Source: an uncultured Methanosarcinaceae archaeon
GTDB taxonomy: Archaea; Halobacteriota; Methanosarcinia; Methanosarcinales; Methanosarcinaceae
Direction of reading: 5' to 3'
Length of the DNA: 52,426 nucleotides
Assembly (NCBI GenBank): GCA_963721455.1
Contig: CAVRJG010000012.1
Coordinates: forward strand, 1-52,426
The notes under the pieces are model-generated. The model was not told the DNA's origin. It was given only the letters and a program-made list of their open reading frames with translations, and did no database searches. Positions 42,313 to 52,426 of this stretch are shown here, piece after piece. The stretch's first letter is position 1; every line of letters begins with the position of its first letter. The position numbers were made by a program, and so were the translations under genes.

Positions 42313-43742
42313 GTCATCGGTTAAGCATTCAGTAATCATTTCTGCATGTGTTTTTATAATAATAATCTAAATATTAGTGCATCTATGTCTCCTCGTTCCT
42401 CACCTACTCTTGAAGACTCTCTTCGGGAAATGTTTCCCGAAGAGTGGTTAAGGCAAACTGCCAAAGAAACTGGTCTCATAGTACGTGAGCGTAAAATTGA
42501 CCCGGTCATCATCTTTTGGGTTTTAACTCTCAGTTTTGGTGTACGCTTGCAGCGTACACTTGCCAGTTTGAAAAGAGAATATGAAAAAGAAGCAAATCAC
42601 ACCCTAAGCGACAGCAGCTGGTACTATAGATTCACTCCAGAACTTGTGGAGTTTCTTCATCAGTGTGTTATTCATGGCATAGAAGAACTTGCAAAAGAAC
42701 CTGGTAGAAAACTTAGTAAAAAACTCGAAAACTTCCAGGATGTTCTAATTCAGGACAGCACAATTGTTCGTCTTCACTCCTCTTTAGCAGACAAGTTTCC
42801 GGCAGCAAGAACAAGAAATGTAGCTGCTGGAATAAAAGTGGGAGTTATGGTAAGTGCAGTTGCTAATGGACCTAAAACCGTTGCTTTGTACTCTGAAAAA
42901 ACAGCTGAGATAAAAACATTGAAAATAGGTCCCTGGATCAAGGACCGTATTCTTCTTGTTGATCTTGGTTTTTACAAAAATCAAATGTTTGCAAGAGTTG
43001 AGGAAAACGGAGGATATTTTGTCTCAAGAATTAGGAAGAATATGGATCCTATTCTTGTTTCTGTTGAAGAGGGACTTTCTAAAACAAAAAGCAAAGAGTT
43101 CACTGGAAAACCTGTTAGTGAGTGTATTAAGCAACTTTCAGGAAAAGATCTTGATGCTGTTGTGAAAATAAAGTTTAAAAGAAGAGTATATAATGGCAAG
43201 CAAAAACAGGATGAGATGAAAGTACGTCTTGTTGCGGTATACAATGATGAAGACGAAAAACACCACATATATATCACAAATATTCAGAAAGATGTTTTGA
43301 ATGCAAAAGACATTGCAAAATTATATGGAGCAAGATGGGACATAGAACTGCTGTTTAAGGAGTTAAAAAGCAAATACGCTCTTGACGTTCTTGAAACAAA
43401 GAATGTGCAGGTAATTGAGGCTCTAATCTGGACAGCAATGTTGACACTAATCGTTAGCAGAAGAATTTATTCTCTTGTAAGAAACTCAACAGCTCATCCT
43501 GAAAAAATGGCTCAATATACGCAGTTACGTTGGAGCACAATATTTGCAGAGAATGCATCAGATTTGTTGACAGTAATTCTGAATAGATGTGGAATTCAAA
43601 GAACTTTTGAAACGATAATGAGTGTATATGAAAGTCAAGCATTGGATCCGCATGTAAACAGAGAAAGGTTCAGAGAAGAATGGTTTTAATGAAAAGGTGA
43701 AATGAAAAACACTATTGGGAGATGGAAGTAAGTTCTTAACCG
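42313..43742 (+). mobile_element. IS4-family element (ISH8-like), transposase CDS 42346-43689
   Basis: RERKIDP, IQDST, LVDLGFY and Y-ARW-IE-LFKELK (YREK) motifs. The left end is GTCATCGGTTAA, and there is only a partial TTAACCG at ~43736-43742. Confidence 0.88.
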
Positions 43743-44957
43743 GAATCACCCGGAGCTAAAAACATGGTGGGATTCTGGTAATAGGGTTAAGGCCTTCGCC
43801 CTCTCGCTATTCCGCCAATCTCTCTGAAATTTCCTGCTGTATTTCAGCTGCCTCAAAAGAGCTAAAAATTCCGGTGACCACCGGGCTTAAATCTCTCTTT
43901 TCTTCCAATTCAAGCCTATAAATTGGCCTGGGCTTGCCCTTTCTCTCAGGATCAAAAAAGTGTCCAGAATGTGCATGAAGATCCCATCTGTAGAAAGAGA
44001 ATTGTGTTAATCTCCCGCTGGATATTGACATTTTTTAGACAAAAAGGTTATTCATATTATGCATATTCAAAAAGGATGATTGCCTGGACATTCTCCACAG
44101 TCTGCAATGACAAAAATAATTGCTTTTCCTCCAGGGTGTGCCTGTTGCCAGGCTGACAGGACCTTCAGTGCTGATAGGCGCAGTTCGCGACGGGCTCAGA
44201 CAGTCACATGGATACAGGAATCTTTTACTTTCGCCGACAGTTTCGACGTTGGATCTTTGCGCCTCACTGTTGGCATTAGGTTAGCTTCAAAATCCAATCT
44301 ACCCTCGTCTCTTTTTTCTCCATCTGATTATTCTTTTCGCAATCCAATAAAACACAATCATCTTAAGGATATAAAGCGATATTAAAAACAATATCATGTA
44401 ACACTCTTTATTATATCTAGTATAGGACCGCCTACTTCATCCATCTCTTTTTGTATATCTGCAGTCGATATCTTCACATAAAGTATAGTCATTGCGAGAT
44501 TTTTGTGCAGAATATATTTTGATACGTTTGCAAGTGTACCTGCCTTCTTTTTATTTATACATGCTTCATTGCACAGCATATTAATCTTCCCATACACCAA
44601 CGTCTATCTGTCGGCTTGCCCTTATTTGAGTTGTCAAGGTCTATTCTATTGATCAAAGCTCGGCTTTCATGATGAGTCTGGTGTTTTGTGTTCTCGCGGA
44701 ACTGAGGCTCTGAAAGGCTTCGCAGGTAATCCAGAAAGACAACTAAAATAGTTATATATTTTTTCATGTGGATTCGGTTAAGGTGCAAAACGCCAAAAAG
44801 TGTTATTTTTTATGTAATATATCTAAGAATTATGTTGGAAAATCGCTATACGTGGTATTCGAAGTTGTGCATAAAATTCGTTAACCGATGACCAATTAAT
44901 CTTCCTTTTGATCTCCACTCTGCAAGCTCTGTTTATTCCTCCCGTTCTATTTTTTTA

Positions 44958-45152
44958 ACCTAATTTGACAGAAGCATACATTTTATAATCTATAAACGGG
45001 CTTCATGATTCTGTTTTCTTCATACAATTCAAATTTATATATTGTGTTTATTGATTTTGACATTTTTCATTTTATCTATAGGTAATGTGTCGATGCAATG
45101 TATTTTTTGTAAGAAAATACTGTGTTAATTAGCAGAATCTGTCAAATTAGGT
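44958..45152. mobile_element. ~195-bp MITE flanked by TA (IS630-like)
   Basis: TA|ACCTAATTTGACAGA ... TCTGTCAAATTAGGT|TA perfect inverted repeats around an AT-rich noncoding interior. Confidence 0.7.
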
Positions 45153-45360
45153 TATAATGTCAGGAGTATTTCATATAAAAATACAGGAATATATTGGTAT
45201 TTATATCCAATAAATATATCCTCGTAAGGTATGTATATATAGTGTGAGCTATATATATAGATCACAATCAAAAAGTATAACGTTTTTAATGTTTCCGGAT
45301 TTTTGATTGATTACAGCTACAGAATACTGAAAAATGAAGGCATGATCTAAGGAGTATTTT

Positions 45361-45546
45361 ATGGAGTTTAGAGATTCTTCGATGACTATTAGGCAAAAAA
45401 ATTTAGTAGTAAAGTCTCTTCGGTACATGGAGAGGCATAAAAAAATTAGTAAGTATTGTGGTGAATACGAAAAGAGCTGGCCTGAATTATCCTTTGATGA
45501 GGCAAGTAATTTAATCAAGATTCTCGATAAGATGTCCTGGCAGTAA
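45361..45546 (+). CDS. Small hypothetical protein (61 aa)
   Basis: AAGGAG SD and protein-like composition (MTIRQK...LSFDEASNLIKIL). Confidence 0.6.
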   Translation: MEFRDSSMTIRQKNLVVKSLRYMERHKKISKYCGEYEKSWPELSFDEASNLIKILDKMSWQ

Positions 45547-45632
45547 GTATTCTTAGCTTCTTCCCCACTCTTTCTTGTTTAGTTTCAAATTTGCTTTTGT
45601 TCCATACTGTTGTTTTTGACAGTTTGAGAAAG

Positions 45633-45755
45633 GTGGTGTGCCGATTGGCTCCAGGGTGACGAGTCCAATGCCCCAGGAGTTCGGGAAGCGGTCACAAGCA
45701 AATAAGCCCCATACTTTTTATCTGTGACCCCTGCCTGGAGATCGGGTGAAGCCAC
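45633..45755. ncRNA. Candidate structured RNA (closed multi-stem fold)
   Basis: GC-rich island with end-to-end pairing GTGG/CCAC, CCGAT/ATCGG, CTCCAGG/CCTGGAG and an inner GGTCACA/TGTGACC. Confidence 0.5.
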
Positions 45756-46221
45756 AGACGAAACGATGATTTAAATAGTGATTTGCAAAGAGCAGACGTG
45801 CAGATTACTGAACTGGTGAACTACCCCTGAGCTAAAGGCCCACGGGTTTTATGCTTCTTCATGTAACATAGAGGACACGCGAACAGACCCCATGTCCAGA
45901 ACTACAAACAACAAAGCTTAGTTCTAAACCTGCAAACCTGCACAACCCTGACTACTGATATGTAAGACATATAACATTCATACAAAATCATGCAGGTTTA
46001 AGACTACAAATCTGCAGGATTATGACTACTAACTTATAATACTTAATATAGGAGCACTCTGGAATATTTAGAGTTAGATCCAGTTAGATCTCCAAATAAA
46101 AACCTTTATTATCCTGCTTTTCATTAAGGAGGGGTGAATTACGATCAATTCCAGGAAAAACTCAGAGAAAGAAGAAATTTCAGGAAAAGAAGGAGTTCCT
46201 GCCGAAAGCAGCTCTGTTGAG

Positions 46222-47617
46222 ATGGAAGATAAAAACGCAGAAAAAAAAGTGGAAGAAAAAGCGGAAAAACACAGGGTTATGCTTGAAAGGTATGGACAAC
46301 GGCTGAAAGATCTGGACCCGGAACTCGTTACCGAGGGAGATGAGATAGCCTTAAAGGAGGCTTTTATGCATGCAAAAGAGGTTATCGAGCCTGGGGAACT
46401 GGTAAGCTGGTTCACCGTCAAAGCCGAGCCTTTCTATAGGTCAGGGTCCTGGAAAATGCTGTTGCCTCTTTATGAAGATCTGCTTGATATTGCGGAAAAG
46501 AACCTCGGGCCTGAAAGTCCGGAAACTGCAACTGCGCTGAATGGGCTTGCAGGAATTTACCGCTATATGGGAAACTATGAAGAGGCCCTCAGGCTTTTTT
46601 CCAGGGCACTTAAGACCCGTGAAAATATCCCTGGACCAAAACGGCATGAGACCGGGGATACGCTCAGTGAACTGGGCACTCTCTACTATTTAATGAACAG
46701 GCATGAAGAAGCCCTTTCATTCTATAGCCGGGCGCTGGAAATACAGGAAAAATTTCTGAGTCCGGAAAATCCTGCTGCTGTCAGAACCCTAAACAGGATG
46801 GCTTTTTTTTACAAGGGAATGGAAAAACCCGAAAAGGCTGAGGAACTCTTCATCAGGGCTCTCGAATTTCTTGATAAGCTTCAGGAGCAGGAGCCTGACA
46901 ATCACGGGGTTATGTCATATAAAGCCGGGACCCTGAATAACCTGGGTGTCCTGCTCTCGGAAATGGGCAAACTTGAGGAGGCTGAAGACAGGTACGGGCA
47001 GGCTTTAAAGCTTCAGGAAAAGGTGTATGGCCCGGAGCACCCGCAGGTAGCGCAAACCCTGAACAATCTCGCCCTTCTCTATTTCCAGACCACACGGTAT
47101 GAGAAAGCCCAGATCCTCTATACCCGGTCTCTGGAAATCATGGAAAAACTCGGAAAAACCGAACACACGGGTTTTGCCACAACCCTGAACAACCTGGCAG
47201 GCGTCTACGTCCAGAAAGGCCGTCACGAAAAAGCCCTTGAACTCTACACGCGAGCCCTTGAAATCCGCGAGCGTACTCCTCGGCCCTGACAATCCTGACG
47301 TTGCCAAGACCCTGAACAACCTTGGCGAACTCCACAGAATCCTCGGCCAGCACAAAAAAGCCCTCCCCTTCTACACCCGCGCCCTCAAGATCTACGAAAC
47401 GACCCTCGGCTCGACCCATCCAGATGTCGGCACTACCCTGAACAACCTCGCAGGCCTTCATGAAAGCATGGACGAATACGAAACCGCAATCGACCTCTAC
47501 GAAAAAGCCCTCGACATAATCGAAAAAGAATACGGTCCCGACCACCCCTATTTCAAGATCACAAGGAATAATTTAATTGGCCTGTACGAGAAAATGGAGA
47601 GGAGCTGGCGGAAATAA
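46222..47617 (+). CDS. Kinesin-light-chain-type TPR protein, frameshifted near 47275
   Basis: 42-aa TPR units (HP-VA-TLNNLA-LY...ALE-Y-RAL-I-E--LGP). The two ORFs join if one base is removed. Confidence 0.85.
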
Positions 47618-48074
47618 GAATTATTTCAACGCTAATAGATATTCCGTGCTTAATCGATTGGTACTATTCCAAGGCAACATGCATAGTATCTTCCGGTCGT
47701 TCATGGCGGAGTCAAACAAAAGTGGGCTTTGTTGCTTTCTCATAAGATGAAAGAGAAGAAAGGGGAAACTCTAAGAAAGAAGCTTGAAAAAGCAGAGACG
47801 TCTTTTAAAAAGCTGAAAGGAGAGGACTTCTTCTGTGAAGAAGATGGATTAAAAGTTGCAGATAAATGGATTCAAGAATTCTCTTCTGTCATGTTTGATA
47901 AAGTAGATTTAAAAGCCATTAATAAACGTGAACCGGGTAAAAGAGGCAGACCTTCAAAAGATGAGAAATTAAAGACATATTGCAGGATTGAAGGCAACAT
48001 AAAGGTTAATGATGCTTGTATTTTGAAAGAAATGGAGAAAATGGGGCTTTTCCTTCTTGCAAGTAATGATATCA

Positions 48075-48252
48075 GGCTCTTCGCTGTTTTGTATGGGTTG
48101 AAAATAATTGCTTAGTTAGACAGTTGTCCGGCCAAAATGAAAAACATCGAGTTTGACTGTGATTTTCAACAACAAACGTTTCTAAATTTTATGCATGCTA
48201 CTTCCATAGTTAGAAATGGATGTAAATTACCCACTCGAAACAGCGAAGAGCC
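48075..48252. mobile_element. 178-bp MITE (GGCTCTTCG family)
   Basis: Perfect 15-bp TIRs. It replaces the middle of the IS1634 transposase. Confidence 0.9.
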
Positions 48253-48372
48253 ACTTAACTCAGAAAGAAGAGGAAATTGAGTCAGAAATATTGAATATGG
48301 AGGAGATTCACTGGAAAATATTGAGTCTCATGGGAAAGAAATATGAAAATATCTACCTATAAGTACGTTAAC

Positions 48373-49099
48373 GTCGGATAAGTTGGGAGGATTACTCCTC
48401 CTTTCTCCCCCAGGAACCGTACTTGAAAGTTTCCCTTCATACGGCTCGAGTGTTTTCAAACCTTTTCTGTATCAGGCATCAGTCATTTTGCATAACTGAT
48501 TTTGTGATTCCGGCTAACAGTCCACTAACAGAACTGTCCGTAAGCCTCTCACCTGTAGGTGTCTTTGAGTATCTTACATTCGTGAGTTTGTTTCCGTTCA
48601 CACAAGAAAACACCATCAGTAAGTCTGCATCCTTTCGGATCAAGGCAAAGTTTGAACCTCTATCCAGCCCATTACAGGCTGAGCATTCGCTTTTTACTGA
48701 ATCCTCTACCCTCAATGCCTTCGTCATCCTTCGCGAGAATCCTACCCATTATGGGAGCATTTAGGGTTTAGCAGGTTCCATACCACGAATAATGTGAATA
48801 CCTTAGAAGCCATCTGTAAACCGAGAACCGTTTGTCCATTTGCCATAATGTCGGCAGACCCATTATGGCCTGATTCTATACCTTTTGGTTTGAACGTGTC
48901 AACCTGTTTTCGCTCATTCTACTTCACGATTTTTACGATGGTTCACTTTATGTTCTTCATAGTATTCTTATCCTAACCAATTATCAAAGTCAGGCTCCTT
49001 GATTTCTTGATATTGTCCTGTGAGCTTCACACACAAACGTTACCATTTATGCATGTCACATTAGGATTACCTCAAATGGAGGGGGTGGCGTTTCCGCAA
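48373..49099 (-). mobile_element. ORF-less group II intron (~727 nt)
   Basis: Domain V GAGCCGTATGAAGGGAAACTTTCAAGTACGGTTC (48447-48414), domain VI with a bulged A ending ...CTTATCCGAC, 5' end TTGCG at 49099, and an EBS2/IBS2 match. Confidence 0.9.
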
Positions 49100-49317
49100 T
49101 TCATAGTATAGCCTCTTGTCGAATCTGCCGAATGCAGGATAAAAATATTATCTAAAAAATTGTTTATCAATACCGGGCAAACAAGAGTTCAGATACTCTC
49201 TCAGTTTACCCAGGTAAAAAACTGCAAAAAAGAAAATGAAGGTCTAAAACCCTCATTCTGTTGCTTTTATTTAATCGTTTTGTTGTTTTTATTTAATCCT
49301 TTTGTCTCTGTCTCTAA

Positions 49318-51424
49318 TTAATTTCCTGGTTTTACTTTTTTGTACAGGAATAAGGCAAGAAGGGAAATAACTCCGTAAACCGTTTCAAATCCAGGAGAGC
49401 GTGCGCTTGCTCTTTTTTCAAGTGCCTGTTCAACATTTGACCTGTTTATAACGTCAGTATTCTCTCCGTTAAGGTCGTTAGCTTTCGATCCAGGCTGTGG
49501 ACCAGGCGGTGAATCAGTTACTGCAGTTTCTTCCTCCTCATTCTTACCTGTTATTGCAAAGAATGAGAAGCCGGGGGTTTGTGCTGTGAAATACAGGAAT
49601 CTGTCATCTTCCTCTGACAGGCTTACTGGCAATTGCTCCCATTTCCCGTCGTCGTACCTGTTGAAGGTGATAGAAGATTTATTGATGTTCTTTTCCTGTA
49701 TCCAGGATTTTTCAACCTTGAAATATATGGTCGAATTTTCGATATTCTCAGAGGTTGCATACCCGCCGTTTCCGACCCAGATATTAAAAGACCTGTAGAC
49801 CTCGCCTGAAGGCAGCTCGGAGACAAGTGCAGGATTTCTCTTTAACATCTCGACTATGGCTGTTGTCTTACCAACTGTCTTTTTTGCGTCAAAGTTCACA
49901 TACACAACACAGGTTGCGTTCTTTGCGAAATCAAACTTTATATTTTTGTCGTTTGAGATAAATGTCTGTGAAATTTCCTTTACCTCTACATTTTTTGCAG
50001 GTTCAGGGGAACCGCCTGCACCGCCGCCGCCACCGCTGCTGTGGCTGCTTCCACCACTGCTTCCATCATCTTCAGTTCCGCTGTCCTCAGTTTGACTGTA
50101 ACCGGTTCCACCGCCACTCGCTTGACTGTCTCCGGCTACATTATCCCCGCTGCTGCTTTCAGTCCCGCTATTTTCAGTAATATTTTCAGTAATATTATCT
50201 CCGGTTCCGGTGTTTTCAGTTACATTATCCACGGTTACGTTGTTTGCGGAATTATTTTCCATGGCTTGCGTAACAGTTACCGGGGCAGTTTTGGAAGCCG
50301 CTCCATTTTCATTGGTGACAGTGAGGGTGACGGTATAAGTTCCCGGCATTGTAAACGTATAAACCGGATTTTCGTCTATAGAGTCAATATTTCCGTCGTT
50401 TTCAAAATCCCAGCTCCACGAAACTGCATTTTCTGACAGGTCGGTAAACTGGACGGAAACAGGAGCAGGACCGCTGCTATTGTCCATTTTGAAATCTGCT
50501 ACCGGAAATACTGGCTGCTGAGGCATGGATGCAGATACAAGAGGTAACTGGTCAGAATAGATACTATTAGCGAGTCTATATGCAGAATCCGCAATGCCAT
50601 CTCCATCCGCATCTATTGAGGTTTCAGAAAAACCTGAACCATCAGGTTCTGCCCAGAAATTACCTCCAAAGTAGGAACCGCCGACAATATTCGTACCTTC
50701 GGTTTTTGTGGTATTGTACGAATTTCCGATTCCGTTTTTAATTTCTGCATTGACGGTATTATTGAAATAGTTGTTAAAAACAAGGTTATTATCGCTCTTG
50801 GAACAGACAAACAGGCCGTAAACGCCATTTGAAGACATGGTATTGCCTGAGAGCGTGTTGCCGTCAGAAGTACCTATATGGATGCCACGGCCTTTATTGT
50901 CAGAAGCCGTATTTCCGGAGAGGGTATTGTTGCTGGCTATTGAGAATAAGATCCCGTATTCTCCGTTATTCGTAACCTTATTATTTGAGAGCGTGTTGCC
51001 TTTAGAATTTAAAAGATAGATTCCATAACCGTTGTTCAAAATTTTATTGTTATCAATGATGCAGTTATTACAGCCGGGAAAGATAGATTCCTGTATAGCT
51101 TTCTTTTGTTCCTGTAATCTCAAGCCCGCTAATTTTCACGTTATCTGCTTGCAGGGCAAGCACATGATTGCTTGAGCTTTTAGCCGTGATTATTGTATCA
51201 TCAGGATTACCGGACTCCGACCTTATTACGAGATCATCCTTGTTTATTTTGATATTTTCGGTATAGGTTCCGGGTTTTAAGATAATCACATCGCCTGAAA
51301 TTGCATTGTCCACTGCCGTTTGTATCGAATCTCCGGGCTGGACATAAATCTCAGCTGCAGTTCCGATACCCGAGCCTAATGTTAAGATAAGAAAAGTTGC
51401 CAATACAATGATTAATCTGTTCAC
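49318..51424 (-). CDS. Cell-surface protein (signal peptide, NosD/CASH beta-helix, PKD, PGF-pre-PGF, PGF-CTERM), frameshifted near 51076
   Basis: GDSIQTAVD, repeated GI-L--S-NNTLSGN, GGNFWA, VQFTDLS-NA-SWSWDF, TPGFSFFAI and a SPGF+TM+basic tail. An extra C in TCCCGGC splits the ORF. Confidence 0.9.
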
Positions 51425-51969
51425 TTTGATTCCCCCAGTACATCAAAGTATGGATGATACTTCGATTAGTTAAGCGGTGGATTCCTACAAACAATATAAA
51501 TATATTGGTATAAACTAATATTATAGATTAGTACAAGGATAATAATTAGTACACTTAAAGGGTAGTGAACTGATAAGCTGTCCTTTTATCGAAGCCGATT
51601 TAAGTTAAATTAACTCAATTAAGGCTAATTTGACAGTTCACGCATTTATTGAATGCGCATATCTTCTTCCGTAATAAACATCGTTTAACTTATAAAAAAG
51701 TTTTAATTGCCTTTATCTCTGGCTCAACTGGCAAATAGTTTAACCAGAGAAATTAAGTTCATTGAAAATGCGGAAGAAGTCCTATATTTTTTAGAATTTT
51801 CTAAAAAAATTGATAAAGGAAAGGAAATAAATTAAACTTCAATGTGCCTGGGAGGTTTGTCAGGAATCGCTACACTTTAAAGAGTAAACCGTCTTCGATG
51901 ATGTCTGTCTATCACCCCGATTTGCGTTATGAATTTCGAACTTAACATTCATTTCGTCAGAGATTGCCG

Positions 51970-52125
51970 TCATAAGAAAATCGAGAGAATGGCTAGTATA
52001 ATAAAAATTATGACGAGCCACCTTGCAATCTCCATAGAGAAACCGGCAATCCCCCGTGCGCCCATTATATATGCAACCAGTGCTAGTATTAGAAATAATA
52101 CAGCAAGCCCTATCAAATCCGGTAT
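51970..52125 (-). CDS. UPF0391/DUF1328 (YtjA-like) small membrane protein, not in the ORF track; ATA or TTG start
   Basis: (M)[50 protein letters not shown] after SD GGGGAGTGA. Confidence 0.85.
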   Translation of the reverse strand: MPDLIGLAVLFLILALVAYIMGARGIAGFSMEIARWLVIIFIILAILSIFL

Positions 52126-52426
52126 GCTTCACTCCCCCAGTGGTTATTTAACCGATAAATCGATTATTAGATTAAAGGTATTTATAATTTGACTGTCAAA
52201 GTAAGTCGCTTTCTCATGAATAGATATTCGTTTTTAATTGGGATCGTCCTTTTTAAAATTACAGATAACTCTTCTAAGTTCTTCCCACTTATCACAATCA
52301 AAGCACGGCTAATTCTACATTTAAAAGATATATACTAATTAAGCATAAGCGATCGGATAAACGGGCAAGTTAAACTTAGTAAAATTAAAGTACACATTTC
52401 ACCCGAAAACTGGAACGATAGGGCTT

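Larger units (their letters stand above)
47695..49138 (+). mobile_element. IS1634-family remnant carrying a nested MITE and a group II intron
   Basis: GGVKQKWALLLSHKM...KRGRP...MGLFLLASND, with the C-terminus EIHWKILSLMGKKYENIYL* at ~48300-48361 and a putative right end CTGCCGAATGCAGG at 49125-49138. Confidence 0.7.

Noticed and set aside
45656-45765. Hammerhead-like words GTGACGAGTC ... GACGAAAC
   Set aside because: The core lacks the conserved C of CUGA, stems I and III could not be built, and stronger competing stems cross it.
48423-48976. Short ORFs inside the intron region
   Set aside because: They overlap structured intron domains and have no RT motifs.

Overview
This looks like a Methanosarcina-type archaeal chromosome window, judged from cam, aTrm56, AMP phosphorylase, aIF-1A, a PGF-CTERM surface protein and GGAGGTGA Shine-Dalgarno (SD) motifs. 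The first ~29 kb is mostly housekeeping genes, interrupted by an IS pile-up at 6.1-11.8 kb. From ~29.3 kb to ~49.1 kb is an accessory region with many IS and MITE remnants. It carries a clostridial-type NADP secondary alcohol dehydrogenase, an ankyrin-repeat protein and an ArsP/thioredoxin/CcdA/CMD module. Features the ORF track misses: (1) a complete-looking ORF-less group II intron (48373-49099, minus) nested in an IS1634 remnant; (2) three copies of an ATCAA-N6-TTGAT-type operator defining a probable ArsR regulon that includes an unannotated 50-aa gene; (3) an aIF-1A gene that appears to start at CTG, plus other near-cognate starts; (4) a 16-aa basic micropeptide gene with a GAGGTGA SD and terminator; (5) two candidate structured ncRNAs; (6) four MITE families. 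Five otherwise intact-looking genes carry single-base frameshifts that may be assembly errors. No tRNA, rRNA or CRISPR array was seen.
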